Notes: generated by a model from the letters alone, not told the origin. A stretch of 63,836 nucleotides of DNA, filler included, from Limisphaerales bacterium (GCA_044225505.1; 3 parts of 3 records of this genome joined end to end with filler, not necessarily neighbours in it); one strand, 5' to 3'. Shown: positions 52,699 through 63,059, counted from the first letter of the whole stretch. Numbers and translations: made by a program.

Positions 52699-53619
52699 TT
52701 ACGGAACGACGACACGCAACCGCCGGCGATGGAGCTGACATACCGCGGGCGTTCTTCCTACTAACTCGCCATCTAATTGCACGCCCACAGGGGATGAGCT
52801 CGTGATCGTCACTTGCGCTGCCTGGAGGTGTTGTTCGGTGCTTCGCTGGAGCAACCTCGGTGAGAGGAAAGCGAGGGCATAGCGCAAGACCACCCACCAG
52901 TTCACTTTTGGAAAAACACAGACATCCAACAGCCCATCCTGCAATTCCGCCGCCTGAAACACAGGAATTGATCCTCCGTAAAACCGCCCATTGCCCAGGA
53001 GCACCAATGCCCCGTTAACCTTCCGCCCGTCCGCAGTCACCTCCAAAAGCACGGGCTTCTCCCGTAACGCTTGCATCCCTGAAACAACATAGGCCAATTG
53101 GCCAATTCGCTTCTTCAGGTTCCAGTTTAGAAGCTCCACCGCCCGCGCGTCTAGCCCACACCCAGCCATTTGTGCGAACCACCGCTTCTCTCGCCCATAG
53201 GCCGTTTGAAATTCCATCTCCGGGACATCGACGACCTTTTCCCGCCCCTGAGACAATACCCTCCACGCATTCTCAAATCGAAGCGGGATAGCAAGCTCAC
53301 GCGCGAACACGTTGACTGTGCCCACAGGCAGAACTCCGAGGCGCACACGGCTGAATCCATCCGGCACGTCGGCAATCCCGTTCAGTATCTCGTGCACCGT
53401 GCCGTCTCCTCCCATCGCGGCTACAATCTCAAACCCTTCCTGAACCGCTTCCGTTGCCAGGCGCCGCGCCGCGCCGGCCGCGAGTGACGGCTTCAATGCG
53501 CAATCGCTTTCCAACGCATGCAGTTTGGCAATGGCACGACGTGCGCGTTCTCCCTTGGCAGTGGGGTTAAAGATGACACACACCCTACTGTCACCGCGGC
53601 GTGACAGGGTCGTGCTCAT
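52699..53619 (-). CDS. Diacylglycerol/lipid kinase family protein (YegS/DAGK)
   Basis: 'IFNPTAKG', 'MGGDGTVHE', 'LPVGTVNVFAREL', 'GNGRFYGG', 'DGLLDV', 'QLDGE'. ATGA overlap with the upstream gene. Confidence 0.93.
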   Translation of the reverse strand: MSTTLSRRGDSRVCVIFNPTAKGERARRAIAKLHALESDCALKPSLAAGAARRLATEAVQEGFEIVAAMGGDGTVHEILNGIADVPDGFSRVRLGVLPVGTVNVFARELAIPLRFENAWRVLSQGREKVVDVPEMEFQTAYGREKRWFAQMAGCGLDARAVELLNWNLKKRIGQLAYVVSGMQALREKPVLLEVTADGRKVNGALVLLGNGRFYGGSIPVFQAAELQDGLLDVCVFPKVNWWVVLRYALAFLSPRLLQRSTEQHLQAAQVTITSSSPVGVQLDGELVGRTPAVCQLHRRRLRVVVP

Positions 53620-54731
53620 CGCCCCCTCGCCCGCCAAAAGCGACTCGGAGTATCTGGCACAACGAGAATCAAGGGCTGTGGCGAATTGGTGAGAGAGATC
53701 GACACGACAGTCTGCCAATTATTTAATCCCAAAGCATCCTTGGCTTCCAGGTCATAACTACTGCCGTCCCGTCCCGAAATCGTGAATACTAGTTCGTTTC
53801 CAGCGCGAGCCAAAGACAATGTTGGAGGAACCTCAACGAGCGTCCCAGCGTCATCCGAGAAATCCGGAATGCTATCTCCATCCGCATCGTTCGGATCGTC
53901 AATGGATAAGACCCAATCCCGATAGTCGTTCGCGCTTGTCGCTGGATCTCCATCTTCGAAATCAAGAAAACCAAAATAGTTCGTGTTCAAATTCGTATCG
54001 CGCGTAATCTCACTCGACTCGAATTCCATAGTCAATCCAGACGCGTTCGTTAGAGCGCCCACCTGCAGGATCAATCGGTCGAATCGGTTCGTCAGAGCAC
54101 GCTGGAAACTCATCATCCCGTCTAGGCGATTCGTTTCGTTTGTCGATTGTGCTAAGGTCAGAACGGCTGTGATTCCGTTCGTCCCCGATTCATACGCGAG
54201 CGTGCCGGTATACTGCAACAGATGGAATGTATGGACGAAGGTAGGTAGCTCGCCAAAGGTCTCGCCGATCAAACTCAGCCGACACGTGCCAGTCGTCGAA
54301 CCCGCCGCACGGCTCCATTGGGCTTTCACCGATCCACGATCAATCTGCGATACAAAAAGCCCCTGGGTTGTGGTAGCAGGAACCGCTTCGCTCACTTCGA
54401 AAAAGTCATCAAACCCGTTCTGGTTCGCATCCACATGCTCAGGCTGGTCGAATGCAATTTGCCCCGCGAGCCGGTCTGGAAACGTCAGATCGTCTAGCAA
54501 GAAATAAGTGCCGTGCGATGGGAGATTTGCCTGAAAGAGCGGAGCTACCTCCCCGTTCAGATCGGCAAAACTTGCGTCACTCGTCAACCGGAGAGTTGAA
54601 CCCTCGCCGGCACCAGCCGCTGCCAGCTCGAATTGCAGCGAATTGCAGAACAATGTTACTCGGGCAGTCTGAGCGCTGCTTGAAATAAGAGCCGTGAGAA
54701 GGGCTGCCAGCAGAGCAAGTTTTGCTTTCAT
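53616..54731 (-). CDS. Secreted hypothetical protein with Ca-binding-like motifs and C-terminal sorting-like domain
   Basis: Signal peptide MKAKLALLAALLTALISSSAQ. 'DANQNGFDDF', 'DADGDSIPDFSD'. C-terminus 'FTISGRDGSSYDLE...W...PSRFWRARGR'. Confidence 0.82.
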   Translation of the reverse strand: MKAKLALLAALLTALISSSAQTARVTLFCNSLQFELAAAGAGEGSTLRLTSDASFADLNGEVAPLFQANLPSHGTYFLLDDLTFPDRLAGQIAFDQPEHVDANQNGFDDFFEVSEAVPATTTQGLFVSQIDRGSVKAQWSRAAGSTTGTCRLSLIGETFGELPTFVHTFHLLQYTGTLAYESGTNGITAVLTLAQSTNETNRLDGMMSFQRALTNRFDRLILQVGALTNASGLTMEFESSEITRDTNLNTNYFGFLDFEDGDPATSANDYRDWVLSIDDPNDADGDSIPDFSDDAGTLVEVPPTLSLARAGNELVFTISGRDGSSYDLEAKDALGLNNWQTVVSISLTNSPQPLILVVPDTPSRFWRARGR

Positions 54732-55277
54732 AACTCTTGATCCTGACCATTTGCCCGATCCCAAGGAGAAGCCACCACTTGAGACCTGCCAGTCTTGGAC
54801 GGGGCATCTTACCAATGGAACTTTATATGGCATTAGTCAATGCCTAGGGCTCGTGGGAAGAAGCATCCAAACCGCGTCCGTAGGTCCATCACCACGCGAA
54901 AATTCATTGGAGTCTGTCGAGGCCGTGGAAAATAGGTGAGACGTGTCAAGGCTGGGTCCGCCCGGGAACCGATTTCGCAGGAGCCACACCGCCAGTGTCT
55001 ACAAACACCGTTTCCTGGATCTTTCCAGGCGGGCGACTCTGAAAACGCGCCACCACCCATCCCAGCGTCCAGAATTAGCGCGGTCAAGCCAATGGAATAA
55101 AGAGGGAACCCGAGTGCCGCATCGGTGATTCAAGGCAGCACGATTCAAGAATCTCGGGCGTCAAAACAAAGAGGCTGGCCGACAACGATTAGCCAAGTAA
55201 TTTATTGAAAGTCCTCCAGGTCTTGACGGCTCAAGTTGGTAGACCCTGAACTTCGGTCTCGCGGCGTCGCAGGGCCA

Positions 55278-56273
55278 TCAACCGACCGGACGAGCGGAAA
55301 TGGCCTGCATGTACTGAGCACGCTCAAACGCTGAGGGATGTGCGCAATTCTGCTGACTCATGCTCCCCTTGAGTTGCTCGACCGACTCGTAGTCGTGTTC
55401 TTGCATCCAGGCCGTCATCTCGGATTGAATGACTTTGAGCTGTTGCACTCCGTGACGCATCAGAACGGAACAAAGCATCGTGACATCAGCGCCGGCCATT
55501 AAGCATTTGAGGGCGTCGGTGCCTCGGTGAATTCCACTGGTTGCCGCCAGGCTAGTTCCGATCCGTTCGTAGAGAATGGCGATCCAACGCAACGGCAAAC
55601 GCATGGCCATCGGGGTGCTGAAAAGAATATTGGGAGTCACTTCTAACGACTCCAAATCAATGTCCGGCTGGTAAAAGCGGTTAAACAACACCAAACCGTC
55701 GGCTCCGCCCTGATCCAAGCGTTTTGCCATGTTGGCGAAGTTACTGAAGAATGGACTGAGTTTTACCGCCACCGGAATCGTGATCTCCGCTTTCACGGCC
55801 TTCAAGATTTCCAAGTAGGTCTTCTCGACTTCGGATCCGGGCAAATCGGGGTCGGTGGGAATGTTGTAAATGTTAAGTTCCAGTGCGTCAGCTCCCGCCT
55901 GCTGGATCTGTTTTGCAAAATCCGTCCAACCGGTCAGGGTCGATCCGTTCAGACTGGCGATAATGGGAATATCGACCGCATCTTTCGCCTTGCCGATGTG
56001 TTTCAAATACTCCTCTGGACCGATCGTGAATTGATCTGGCTCGGGAAAGTAAGTCAGCGCTTCGGGATAGCTGTCCGTCCCGTGCGTCAAGTGCCAGTGC
56101 AACTCGTACCGTTCGTAACGAATCTGCTCTTCAAAAAGCGAATAGAGCACCACGCCCGAAGCGCCGGCGTCTTCCATACGCTTGATATTGTCGATCTCTT
56201 CGGACAATGGGGAGGCGGCGCAAACGAGAGGGTTTTGCAGGTTCAAGCCGAGATAAGTGGTCGAAAGGTCCAT
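55278..56273 (-). CDS. Dihydroorotate dehydrogenase-like flavoprotein (PFOR-associated)
   Basis: 'MDLSTTYLGLNLQNP', 'SLFEEQI', 'IIASLNG', 'ALELNIY', 'VAVKLSP', 'LFNRFYQPDID', 'AFERAQY'. Confidence 0.92.
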   Translation of the reverse strand: MDLSTTYLGLNLQNPLVCAASPLSEEIDNIKRMEDAGASGVVLYSLFEEQIRYERYELHWHLTHGTDSYPEALTYFPEPDQFTIGPEEYLKHIGKAKDAVDIPIIASLNGSTLTGWTDFAKQIQQAGADALELNIYNIPTDPDLPGSEVEKTYLEILKAVKAEITIPVAVKLSPFFSNFANMAKRLDQGGADGLVLFNRFYQPDIDLESLEVTPNILFSTPMAMRLPLRWIAILYERIGTSLAATSGIHRGTDALKCLMAGADVTMLCSVLMRHGVQQLKVIQSEMTAWMQEHDYESVEQLKGSMSQQNCAHPSAFERAQYMQAISARPVG

Positions 56274-56382
56274 GGCTTCAGCAACTAAGGGTTACTAGAT
56301 TGGCATTGAGAGGAAGGGCGCGCCCTGCCGTTTTCAAACGCCAGCAGGGCAACATAGGAAAGTGATGGCGGGCGGCCGGGCA

Positions 56383-59300
56383 TTAGTTTGTCCCCGTGGG
56401 TTTAGAGGCCGCCGCGCTTGCGGAGGGGGCTACTGCTGTCTTGGGTTTAAGATCGCGCGCCGCCAAATACTGGTAGAATTGCCAACGGGCGTCGGCGTCC
56501 TGCTGAGATTGCTGGAAGAATCGCCGAGCTTCCTCGGGTTTGCTCTTGGCGAGCATCTTGAATCGGTTCTCGGATAGCAGATAATCCTGCAACTTGCCTT
56601 TGGCCGCTTGTGAATCGATCTGCAACGGAGTCTCGCCCCGCATCGTCCGACGTGGGTCAAAGCGGTAAAGCAACCATTGCCCCGTTTCTACTGCCAGTTT
56701 CTGTTGGCGGGCTCCCACGCCAGAATCGAGAGCGATCCCGTGGGCGATGCAGTGGCTATACGCGATAATTAGGGATGGACCAGGATAAGTCTCCGCCTCC
56801 ACAAACGCTCGAAGAGTATGCTCATCCTTGGCTCCCATCGCCACGCTGGCGACATAGATATGCCCGTAAGTCATGGCAATTAAGCCCAGATCTTTCTTCC
56901 CGGTCGGCTTGCCGGCTGCGGCGAATTTGGCCACCGCTCCGCGGGGTGTTGACTTGGACATTTGCCCTCCCGTATTCGAGTAAACTTCGGTATCGAGCAC
57001 TAGGACGTTGATATCGCGACCACTGGCCAGCACGTGATCCAAGCCACCGTATCCGATATCGTAGGCCCAGCCATCTCCGCCCACGATCCAAACGGACTTT
57101 TTCACGAGGGAGTCCGCCAAGCCCAAGAGAGCCTGTGCCTCCTTGGAATTGAGCGTTTTCAACTTCTCCTTCAAGGCTGCCACCCGCTCGCGTTGTTCGT
57201 AAATGCCCGCTTCGTCCTTTTGATCCGCATGGAGAATCGCATCAGCGAAACTGTCACCCAGGCTGCTCGCGAGTTTTTTCAACAGCTCACCGGCAAACTC
57301 TTGTTGCTTGTCCAGCGAGACACGGAATCCCAAACCAAACTCCGCATTGTCTTCAAACAAGGAATTGCACCAGGTGGGACCTTGGCCGCAGGAATTGGTC
57401 GAGTATGGCGTCGTCGGGAGGTTGCCTCCATAGATCGACGAACACCCCGTTGCGTTCGCGATCAGCAGCCGGTCACCGTAAAGTTGGGTGAGCAATTTGA
57501 TGTAAGGCGTCTCACCACATCCAGCGCATGCTCCGGAAAACTCAAACAACGGCTGCATAATCTGCTGCTGACGCAATGTCGTGACTTTAACTTTGCGTCG
57601 ATCAAGTTCCGGCAAATCCAAAAAGAAATCCCAGTTTGCCCGTTCCTGAGCCCGCAGCGGTGCCTGCGGACGCATGTTGATCGCTTTAAGCTTCGCTTCG
57701 GTTTTATTCTTGGCCGGGCAGACGTCGACGCAGATGGCGCAGCCCGTGCAATCCTCGGCTGCCACTTGCAAGCTGAAACGCATTCCTTTGAACTCGGGAA
57801 CGCGTGCGTCCGTCGACTTGAACCCGGCAGGCGCTCCTGACAAGGCTTCACGGTCGTAGACTTTTGCGCGAATCGTCGCGTGGGGACAAATCGCGACACA
57901 TTTCAAACATTGGATGCAGACGGCCTCATCCCACACCGGGATGTCCAAAGCGAGATTGCGTTTCTCATACTGCGCCGTCGCCGTCGGAAATGTGCCATCA
58001 CATGGAAACGCACTGACGGGCAGATCATCTCCAAACCCAGCCACAATCTTGCCGAGGACATTGCTGACAAACTGAGGCGCGTTCGATGTAACGGGCGGAA
58101 GCAGCGGTCCTGCTCCATTGACGCGGGTGGGCAAGGCGACTTCGTAGAGGTGGTCGAGCGTGTTATCGACCGCCTTGAGGTTCATCTGGACAATTTCATC
58201 CCCCTTCTTGCCGTAAGTCTTTTTGATCGAGTATTTGATCGCATCGATCGCCTCATTGCGGGGCAGAACACCAGACAAAGCAAAGAAGCAGACTTGCATG
58301 ATCGTGTTGATGCGACCACCCATGCCACTGTCTCGGGCCACTCGCGTCGCATCGATCACATAAAACTTGATGCGCTTCGCCAATAACGACTCCTGAACCG
58401 GCGTTGGCAACGTGCTCCAAATCTCTTCCTTCGAAAACGGCGTATTGAGCAAAAATGTCCCCCCGGGAACCAGGCTTTTTACCATGTCATACCGCTCGAG
58501 GAATGACGGCTGGTGACACGCCACGAAATTGGCTCGCGAAACCAGGTAGGTTGAACGAATAGGTTCCGGACCAAACCGTAAGTGCGAGACTGTCATCGAA
58601 CCGGACTTCTTGGAGTCGTAAACAAAATACCCTTGGGCATAGTTGTTTGTCCCTTCACCAATTATTTTGATCGAGTTCTTGTTGGCGCCAACTGTGCCGT
58701 CGGCTCCCAGACCGTAGAAGAGAGCGCGAATCACTTTATCGGACTCAGTGGAGAACTCAGCGTCGTAAGTTAAGCTTGAATGCGTAACATCGTCATTGAT
58801 TCCAATCGTGAAATGGTGTTTGGGAGCCGTCGCCGCAAGATTGTCAAAGACTGCTTTGACCATCGCTGGAGTGAACTCCTTGGACGAGAGTCCATAGCGC
58901 CCGCCGACGATCTTCGGCATTAACTTCAGCTTGCCCCAGCCGCTGGAAAGCCCTTCGCATAGCGCCGTGACACAGTCCTGGAACAAGGGCTCGCCTGTAG
59001 CTCCTGGTTCCTTCGTCCGGTCGAGGACGGCGAGCGATCGAACCGTTGCGGGCAAGACTTCGACAAAGCGCTTTGAATCGAATGGGCGGTAGAGACGCAC
59101 CTTCACGATCCCCACCTTCTCACCGCGGGCCAGGAGTGCGTCCACCGTCTCGTGGGCCGTCTCACAGCCGGAGCCCATCAGAATAATCACACGCTCCGCA
59201 TCGGGAGCACCCACATACTCAAATAGGCTATAGCGACGCCCCACTTGTGCGGCGAACTCATCCATGACTTGTTGAGTGATCGAACTACAATTCGCGTAAA

Positions 59301-60006
59301 ATGGATTGACCGCTTCCCTCCCTTGAAAATAAGCATCGGGGTTCTGTGCCGTCCCGCGAAGCACTGGATGGTCTGGACTCATGGCCCGCGCCCGATGCTC
59401 CGCAATCAACTTGTCGTCAATCAGAGCACGCAGGTCTTCGTCCGAAAGCAACTCGATCTTCTGCACTTCGTGCGACGTTCTAAACCCATCGAAGAAGTGC
59501 AGGAACGGAATGCGGGTGCGCAATGTCGCCGCTTGCGCAATGAGCGCAAAATCCATCGCTTCCTGCACGGAAGCCGATCCAAGCAAGGCAAACCCCGTTG
59601 TTCGGACTGCCATCACGTCGCTGTGGTCGCCGAAGATCGATAACGCATGCGCAGCCACAGTGCGCGCCGTCACTTGAAAGACCGTCGGCGAAAGCTCGCC
59701 AGCAATCTTAAACATATTGGGAATCATCAGGAGAAGACCTTGCGACGCCGTAAACGTCGTGCTCAGGGCACCTGTTTGCAGCGCTCCGTGGAGCGCCCCG
59801 GCCGCCCCTCCCTCGCTCTGCATCTCCACTACCGACGGAATGGTTCCCCACAAGTTCCCCTTCCCCTCCGAGACCCACTGGTCACACCATTCTGCGATCG
59901 GCGAGGATGGAGTGATCGGGTAAATAGCCATCACTTCGTTCAGGCGATAAGCGACATTCGCTACCGCTTCATTTCCGTCCAAAGTCACGCTGCGTCGATT
60001 ACTCAT
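56383..60006 (-). CDS. nifJ: Pyruvate:ferredoxin (flavodoxin) oxidoreductase
   Basis: 'DGNEAVA', 'YPITPSS', 'MQSEGGAAG', two 4Fe-4S motifs (CIQCLKC...CP; CTGCAIC...CP), 'FSGACAGCGE', TPP motif 'GGDGWAYDIG...YSNTGGQ'. Confidence 0.97.
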   Translation of the reverse strand: MSNRRSVTLDGNEAVANVAYRLNEVMAIYPITPSSPIAEWCDQWVSEGKGNLWGTIPSVVEMQSEGGAAGALHGALQTGALSTTFTASQGLLLMIPNMFKIAGELSPTVFQVTARTVAAHALSIFGDHSDVMAVRTTGFALLGSASVQEAMDFALIAQAATLRTRIPFLHFFDGFRTSHEVQKIELLSDEDLRALIDDKLIAEHRARAMSPDHPVLRGTAQNPDAYFQGREAVNPFYANCSSITQQVMDEFAAQVGRRYSLFEYVGAPDAERVIILMGSGCETAHETVDALLARGEKVGIVKVRLYRPFDSKRFVEVLPATVRSLAVLDRTKEPGATGEPLFQDCVTALCEGLSSGWGKLKLMPKIVGGRYGLSSKEFTPAMVKAVFDNLAATAPKHHFTIGINDDVTHSSLTYDAEFSTESDKVIRALFYGLGADGTVGANKNSIKIIGEGTNNYAQGYFVYDSKKSGSMTVSHLRFGPEPIRSTYLVSRANFVACHQPSFLERYDMVKSLVPGGTFLLNTPFSKEEIWSTLPTPVQESLLAKRIKFYVIDATRVARDSGMGGRINTIMQVCFFALSGVLPRNEAIDAIKYSIKKTYGKKGDEIVQMNLKAVDNTLDHLYEVALPTRVNGAGPLLPPVTSNAPQFVSNVLGKIVAGFGDDLPVSAFPCDGTFPTATAQYEKRNLALDIPVWDEAVCIQCLKCVAICPHATIRAKVYDREALSGAPAGFKSTDARVPEFKGMRFSLQVAAEDCTGCAICVDVCPAKNKTEAKLKAINMRPQAPLRAQERANWDFFLDLPELDRRKVKVTTLRQQQIMQPLFEFSGACAGCGETPYIKLLTQLYGDRLLIANATGCSSIYGGNLPTTPYSTNSCGQGPTWCNSLFEDNAEFGLGFRVSLDKQQEFAGELLKKLASSLGDSFADAILHADQKDEAGIYEQRERVAALKEKLKTLNSKEAQALLGLADSLVKKSVWIVGGDGWAYDIGYGGLDHVLASGRDINVLVLDTEVYSNTGGQMSKSTPRGAVAKFAAAGKPTGKKDLGLIAMTYGHIYVASVAMGAKDEHTLRAFVEAETYPGPSLIIAYSHCIAHGIALDSGVGARQQKLAVETGQWLLYRFDPRRTMRGETPLQIDSQAAKGKLQDYLLSENRFKMLAKSKPEEARRFFQQSQQDADARWQFYQYLAARDLKPKTAVAPSASAAASKPTGTN

Positions 60007-60289
60007 GTTCGGTCAATTCCATCGGGGGTTGAGCGGCGCGGCAACCAAGCCGTCTGTAGATGCGAGCGAGTTGCTCGAGAAGTGTGCCAAGCACATCATA
60101 TCGAGCAAAAACTGGCCGCGGCCGCGCAATTGAGAGGGTCTCGCCTGACATCCGTTCACCTTTCAACCTAACGCTAAGCGACCGACGAGTTCGTCGCCCT
60201 CACCTTTTTTGGCAAACTAACAACCTCGGTTGCTGCTCGTGGTGTCGAAGGAAGCCAAGGTTCTCTTGGACTCTGGTGAGGCCTCTTCT

Positions 60290-61780
60290 TTAGAAGGTGT
60301 AGCGCAGCCCGACTGTCGCGAGATGGCGTGAGTACTCACGCGATTTCGTGAGGGGTTCGATCGCTTCGGAAATGTGACTGTCCGCCCACTCGTACGAATA
60401 AGCCGCTTCTGTTGACCCGTGGTGATGAACGACGTAAGTGAGCGACGCGGTCGGTGTGTAGACCCAATCAGAACGTTGGGCTGGAGGTTGCCACTCTCCA
60501 ATGTACAGCGTAAACCCAACTGCGCTGGAAAGCCGCTCGTTGAAACGATGTCGCCAAAGGACATCGTTCTTAATGTCTTCGTAAACGCTAAAACTGGAGA
60601 AAGCTGGCATCTCGTAACGTGTAGCCCGAAGCGTTACTGAGTCCGACTTAGACAATGTCAAAGTCAAAGAGGCGTCCAGGTAGACCAAAAGATCGTCCGG
60701 CTGAAACGTAGGGTAGCTGCGACGCGCTTCATCGGAAAAATCCCGAATGTCAGGCCCAACCAGGACGTTCGCTTTTAGCCAATCGGTCAATCGCCCTTCA
60801 AAACCCACCAGGACTCGGTGATACGCGTTATCATAGGGGCTGTTGATGATCTTGCCGCCCGGTCCGAAGGGGCCGTCAAACTGCTCCTGCCGCCCATAAC
60901 GATATCCAACGATCACGTGACCGTGACTCGCCCACGGAATTCCAATGTCCAACCCACCACTTACCTCCTGACGATCGATATAGTTCTCATAGACGTAAGA
61001 GCTGCGCAGCGGCGGTGGCACATATCGCAAAGTGGTGTCAAAGTCGTGGATATAACTAGCCGCAACGGGGCGAATGAAAAAATCTCCAACGGGCTGCGTG
61101 AGACGAAAGCTATTTCGGAAAACAAAGGCCGACCGGCGGTCGCGGATCGGAATGGCTCCAAGTGCCGGGACATCATCGGGACGTGCAAACGTCGGTCCTT
61201 CCTTACTGGCATCGATATACGTTGCCGTATTCAGAAATTCCCAAACCGTTTTATCGATGGCCCCTCCGAAATTGAGCGTTCCGCGATGAGCGACGTAGTC
61301 CTCCGATGAGTTCGCGTGATAAAAGCTCAGGTCTGGTGCGTAGGTCCCGCTGACGTGCAGCCCTGAAAACGGTTTGTAAGCGAGGCCCAACTTAGGCAGA
61401 AGGCTAGTGACCCACGAAGCCCGACTCTCCTGTGTCGGGTTTAAACCGGCCGCGCGAGCAGCCGCAAGGTTGGCAGTGTCAGGCTCTTTATCCTGGAGAT
61501 AGATATTGCTATCAAACGTCTCTTTCAAGCTGGCTTCGGCCGTGAACTGCCAATTGGTCGCACCTGCCAGAACGGCTGGATCCGCGGCCAGGCTTAATCC
61601 AAAAACGCACAGGCTGACGACGCTTTCGACAGCACGAAAGCGGCGCGGCGAACTCGCGGTGAGCGACGCAGATTTAGTAGGAATCGATAAGGCAGTCCAG
61701 AGAGGTCGAAGGGTACGCATGGAGAAGGAGGAAAATGATGCAAGCTTTTGATTGGTTTCAAAAGTCTGATCATTTTCCAT
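60290..61780 (-). CDS. Outer-membrane beta-barrel protein (start uncertain; ATG 61780 or 61720)
   Basis: 'ETFDSNIYLQ', amphipathic beta strands throughout, terminal 'ATVGLRYTF' BAM-type signal. Hydrophobic segment before 'ADPA'. Confidence 0.72.
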   Translation of the reverse strand: MENDQTFETNQKLASFSSFSMRTLRPLWTALSIPTKSASLTASSPRRFRAVESVVSLCVFGLSLAADPAVLAGATNWQFTAEASLKETFDSNIYLQDKEPDTANLAAARAAGLNPTQESRASWVTSLLPKLGLAYKPFSGLHVSGTYAPDLSFYHANSSEDYVAHRGTLNFGGAIDKTVWEFLNTATYIDASKEGPTFARPDDVPALGAIPIRDRRSAFVFRNSFRLTQPVGDFFIRPVAASYIHDFDTTLRYVPPPLRSSYVYENYIDRQEVSGGLDIGIPWASHGHVIVGYRYGRQEQFDGPFGPGGKIINSPYDNAYHRVLVGFEGRLTDWLKANVLVGPDIRDFSDEARRSYPTFQPDDLLVYLDASLTLTLSKSDSVTLRATRYEMPAFSSFSVYEDIKNDVLWRHRFNERLSSAVGFTLYIGEWQPPAQRSDWVYTPTASLTYVVHHHGSTEAAYSYEWADSHISEAIEPLTKSREYSRHLATVGLRYTF

Positions 61781-61796
61781 TGGAGTTTTCGTTCCG

Positions 61797-63059
61797 TCAC
61801 GGAGAACGAGCCGTTTGAGGACCCGAGCCTTTGACGACCAGCGCAAGCAACGCCCCAAGGACAAGCAACGCCCCAGCCGTGATGAAGCTCGAATTGAAAC
61901 TGCCGCTTTGCGCTTTGAGCATCTGCTGCAAGCGGCTAAGCACAAATCCCCCCATTCCCCAGGCTGTGAAGAGCAGCCCGTAGTTCACTCCAAAATGCTT
62001 AAGACCCCACAAATCCTTCGTGAAAGACGGAAATAGGGCAAGATTCGCGCCGTAATTAAAGCCGATGAGAGTTGCTAGAATGACAATGGCCGCTGGAGCC
62101 GCCTGACGCGCAGCCGTGACTGGGATCGCTGCAAACATCAATACTGCCTGTACCACAAGGACAACAAAGAGTGTCCAGCGCCGCCCGATGCGGTCCGAGA
62201 GTAATCCTGCCGCTACCCGGCCCGCTGCATTGCCGATGGCTAACACTGCAACGGCCACAAAAGCCCCTTGCCCCATACTTTGCCGTGCCATTCCGCTGAC
62301 GCTGCTGATCACCATCAAACCAGCCCCAGCTCCAATGAAATAAGTAAGCCAAAGAAGATAGAAGGTCGACGAGCGAAGCATTTCCCCAGGAGACAGATTG
62401 ACAGCTTCGGATTTAGCGTGCGTGAGGACTCCACTAGCTCCCGGCCGGACGTAGCCAAGAGGGGGATTCACGAGAAAAAGCGCCAGTCCGCACACCACCA
62501 CTACCAAAAAGAGACTGTAAAACGACATGGCATTCAGAACGCCAAAATGGTTTAACAGATACTCGGAAAGAGGGGCGATGTAGACAGAAGCCAAACCAAA
62601 TCCGGCAACGACCAATCCTGCGATAAGCCCAGTCTTGGAAGCGGGAAACCATTTCAAGGCGGGCGGCGTGGCGGAGGAATACCCGCAGCCAATCCCAACC
62701 CCACCGAACAACCCAAATCCAATGACCCAAGTCCAATAGTCGGTCGTTCGCGACGCGAGCCAGAATCCGAATCCAACCAATAGTCCCCCGATCAGTGCCG
62801 TCATTCTGGGACCAAACGTATCCTGACAGCGGCCAGCAACGATCATTGAGAAGGCGAAAACGAGGCAACAGAGCGCGTACGGATCATTCAGTCGAGCAGG
62901 TGCCCAACCGAAATCTTTCTCGATCGCGCCTTTAAACATACTCCAGGCATAGAGCACGCCCAAGGCCAGGTTAATTCCGGTACCGGCGAACGTAACGACC
63001 CAGCCTCGATGGAGGTTTGTCGACGTCGCCCCGACGGGCTGCACAATGGGAGATGACAT
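61797..63059 (-). CDS. OFA family (oxalate/formate antiporter-like) MFS transporter
   Basis: 'NLALGVLYAWS', 'GRCQDTFGPR', 'KWFPASKTGLIAGLVVAGFG', 'GRVAAGLLSDRIGR', 'GVNYGLLFTAWG'. About 12 transmembrane helices. Confidence 0.92.
   Translation of the reverse strand: MSSPIVQPVGATSTNLHRGWVVTFAGTGINLALGVLYAWSMFKGAIEKDFGWAPARLNDPYALCCLVFAFSMIVAGRCQDTFGPRMTALIGGLLVGFGFWLASRTTDYWTWVIGFGLFGGVGIGCGYSSATPPALKWFPASKTGLIAGLVVAGFGLASVYIAPLSEYLLNHFGVLNAMSFYSLFLVVVVCGLALFLVNPPLGYVRPGASGVLTHAKSEAVNLSPGEMLRSSTFYLLWLTYFIGAGAGLMVISSVSGMARQSMGQGAFVAVAVLAIGNAAGRVAAGLLSDRIGRRWTLFVVLVVQAVLMFAAIPVTAARQAAPAAIVILATLIGFNYGANLALFPSFTKDLWGLKHFGVNYGLLFTAWGMGGFVLSRLQQMLKAQSGSFNSSFITAGALLVLGALLALVVKGSGPQTARSP

Noticed and set aside
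54835..55277. Long intergenic region checked for a riboswitch or ncRNA (AGGGAA...GGTG resembles a cobalamin element start)
   Set aside because: The downstream B12-box and core motifs were not found, and no convincing structure was seen.
21484..57840. Long antisense ORFs 21484-22440, 26268-27296, 32846-33544, 41037-42116, 50449-51216, 57034-57840
   Set aside because: They largely overlap well-supported genes on the other strand, as expected in GC-rich coding DNA.
60074..60091. Possible sigma54 promoter upstream of nifJ (minus strand TTGGCAC-ACTTC-TCGAG)
   Set aside because: The -24 element is good, but the -12 has GA instead of the near-invariant GC.
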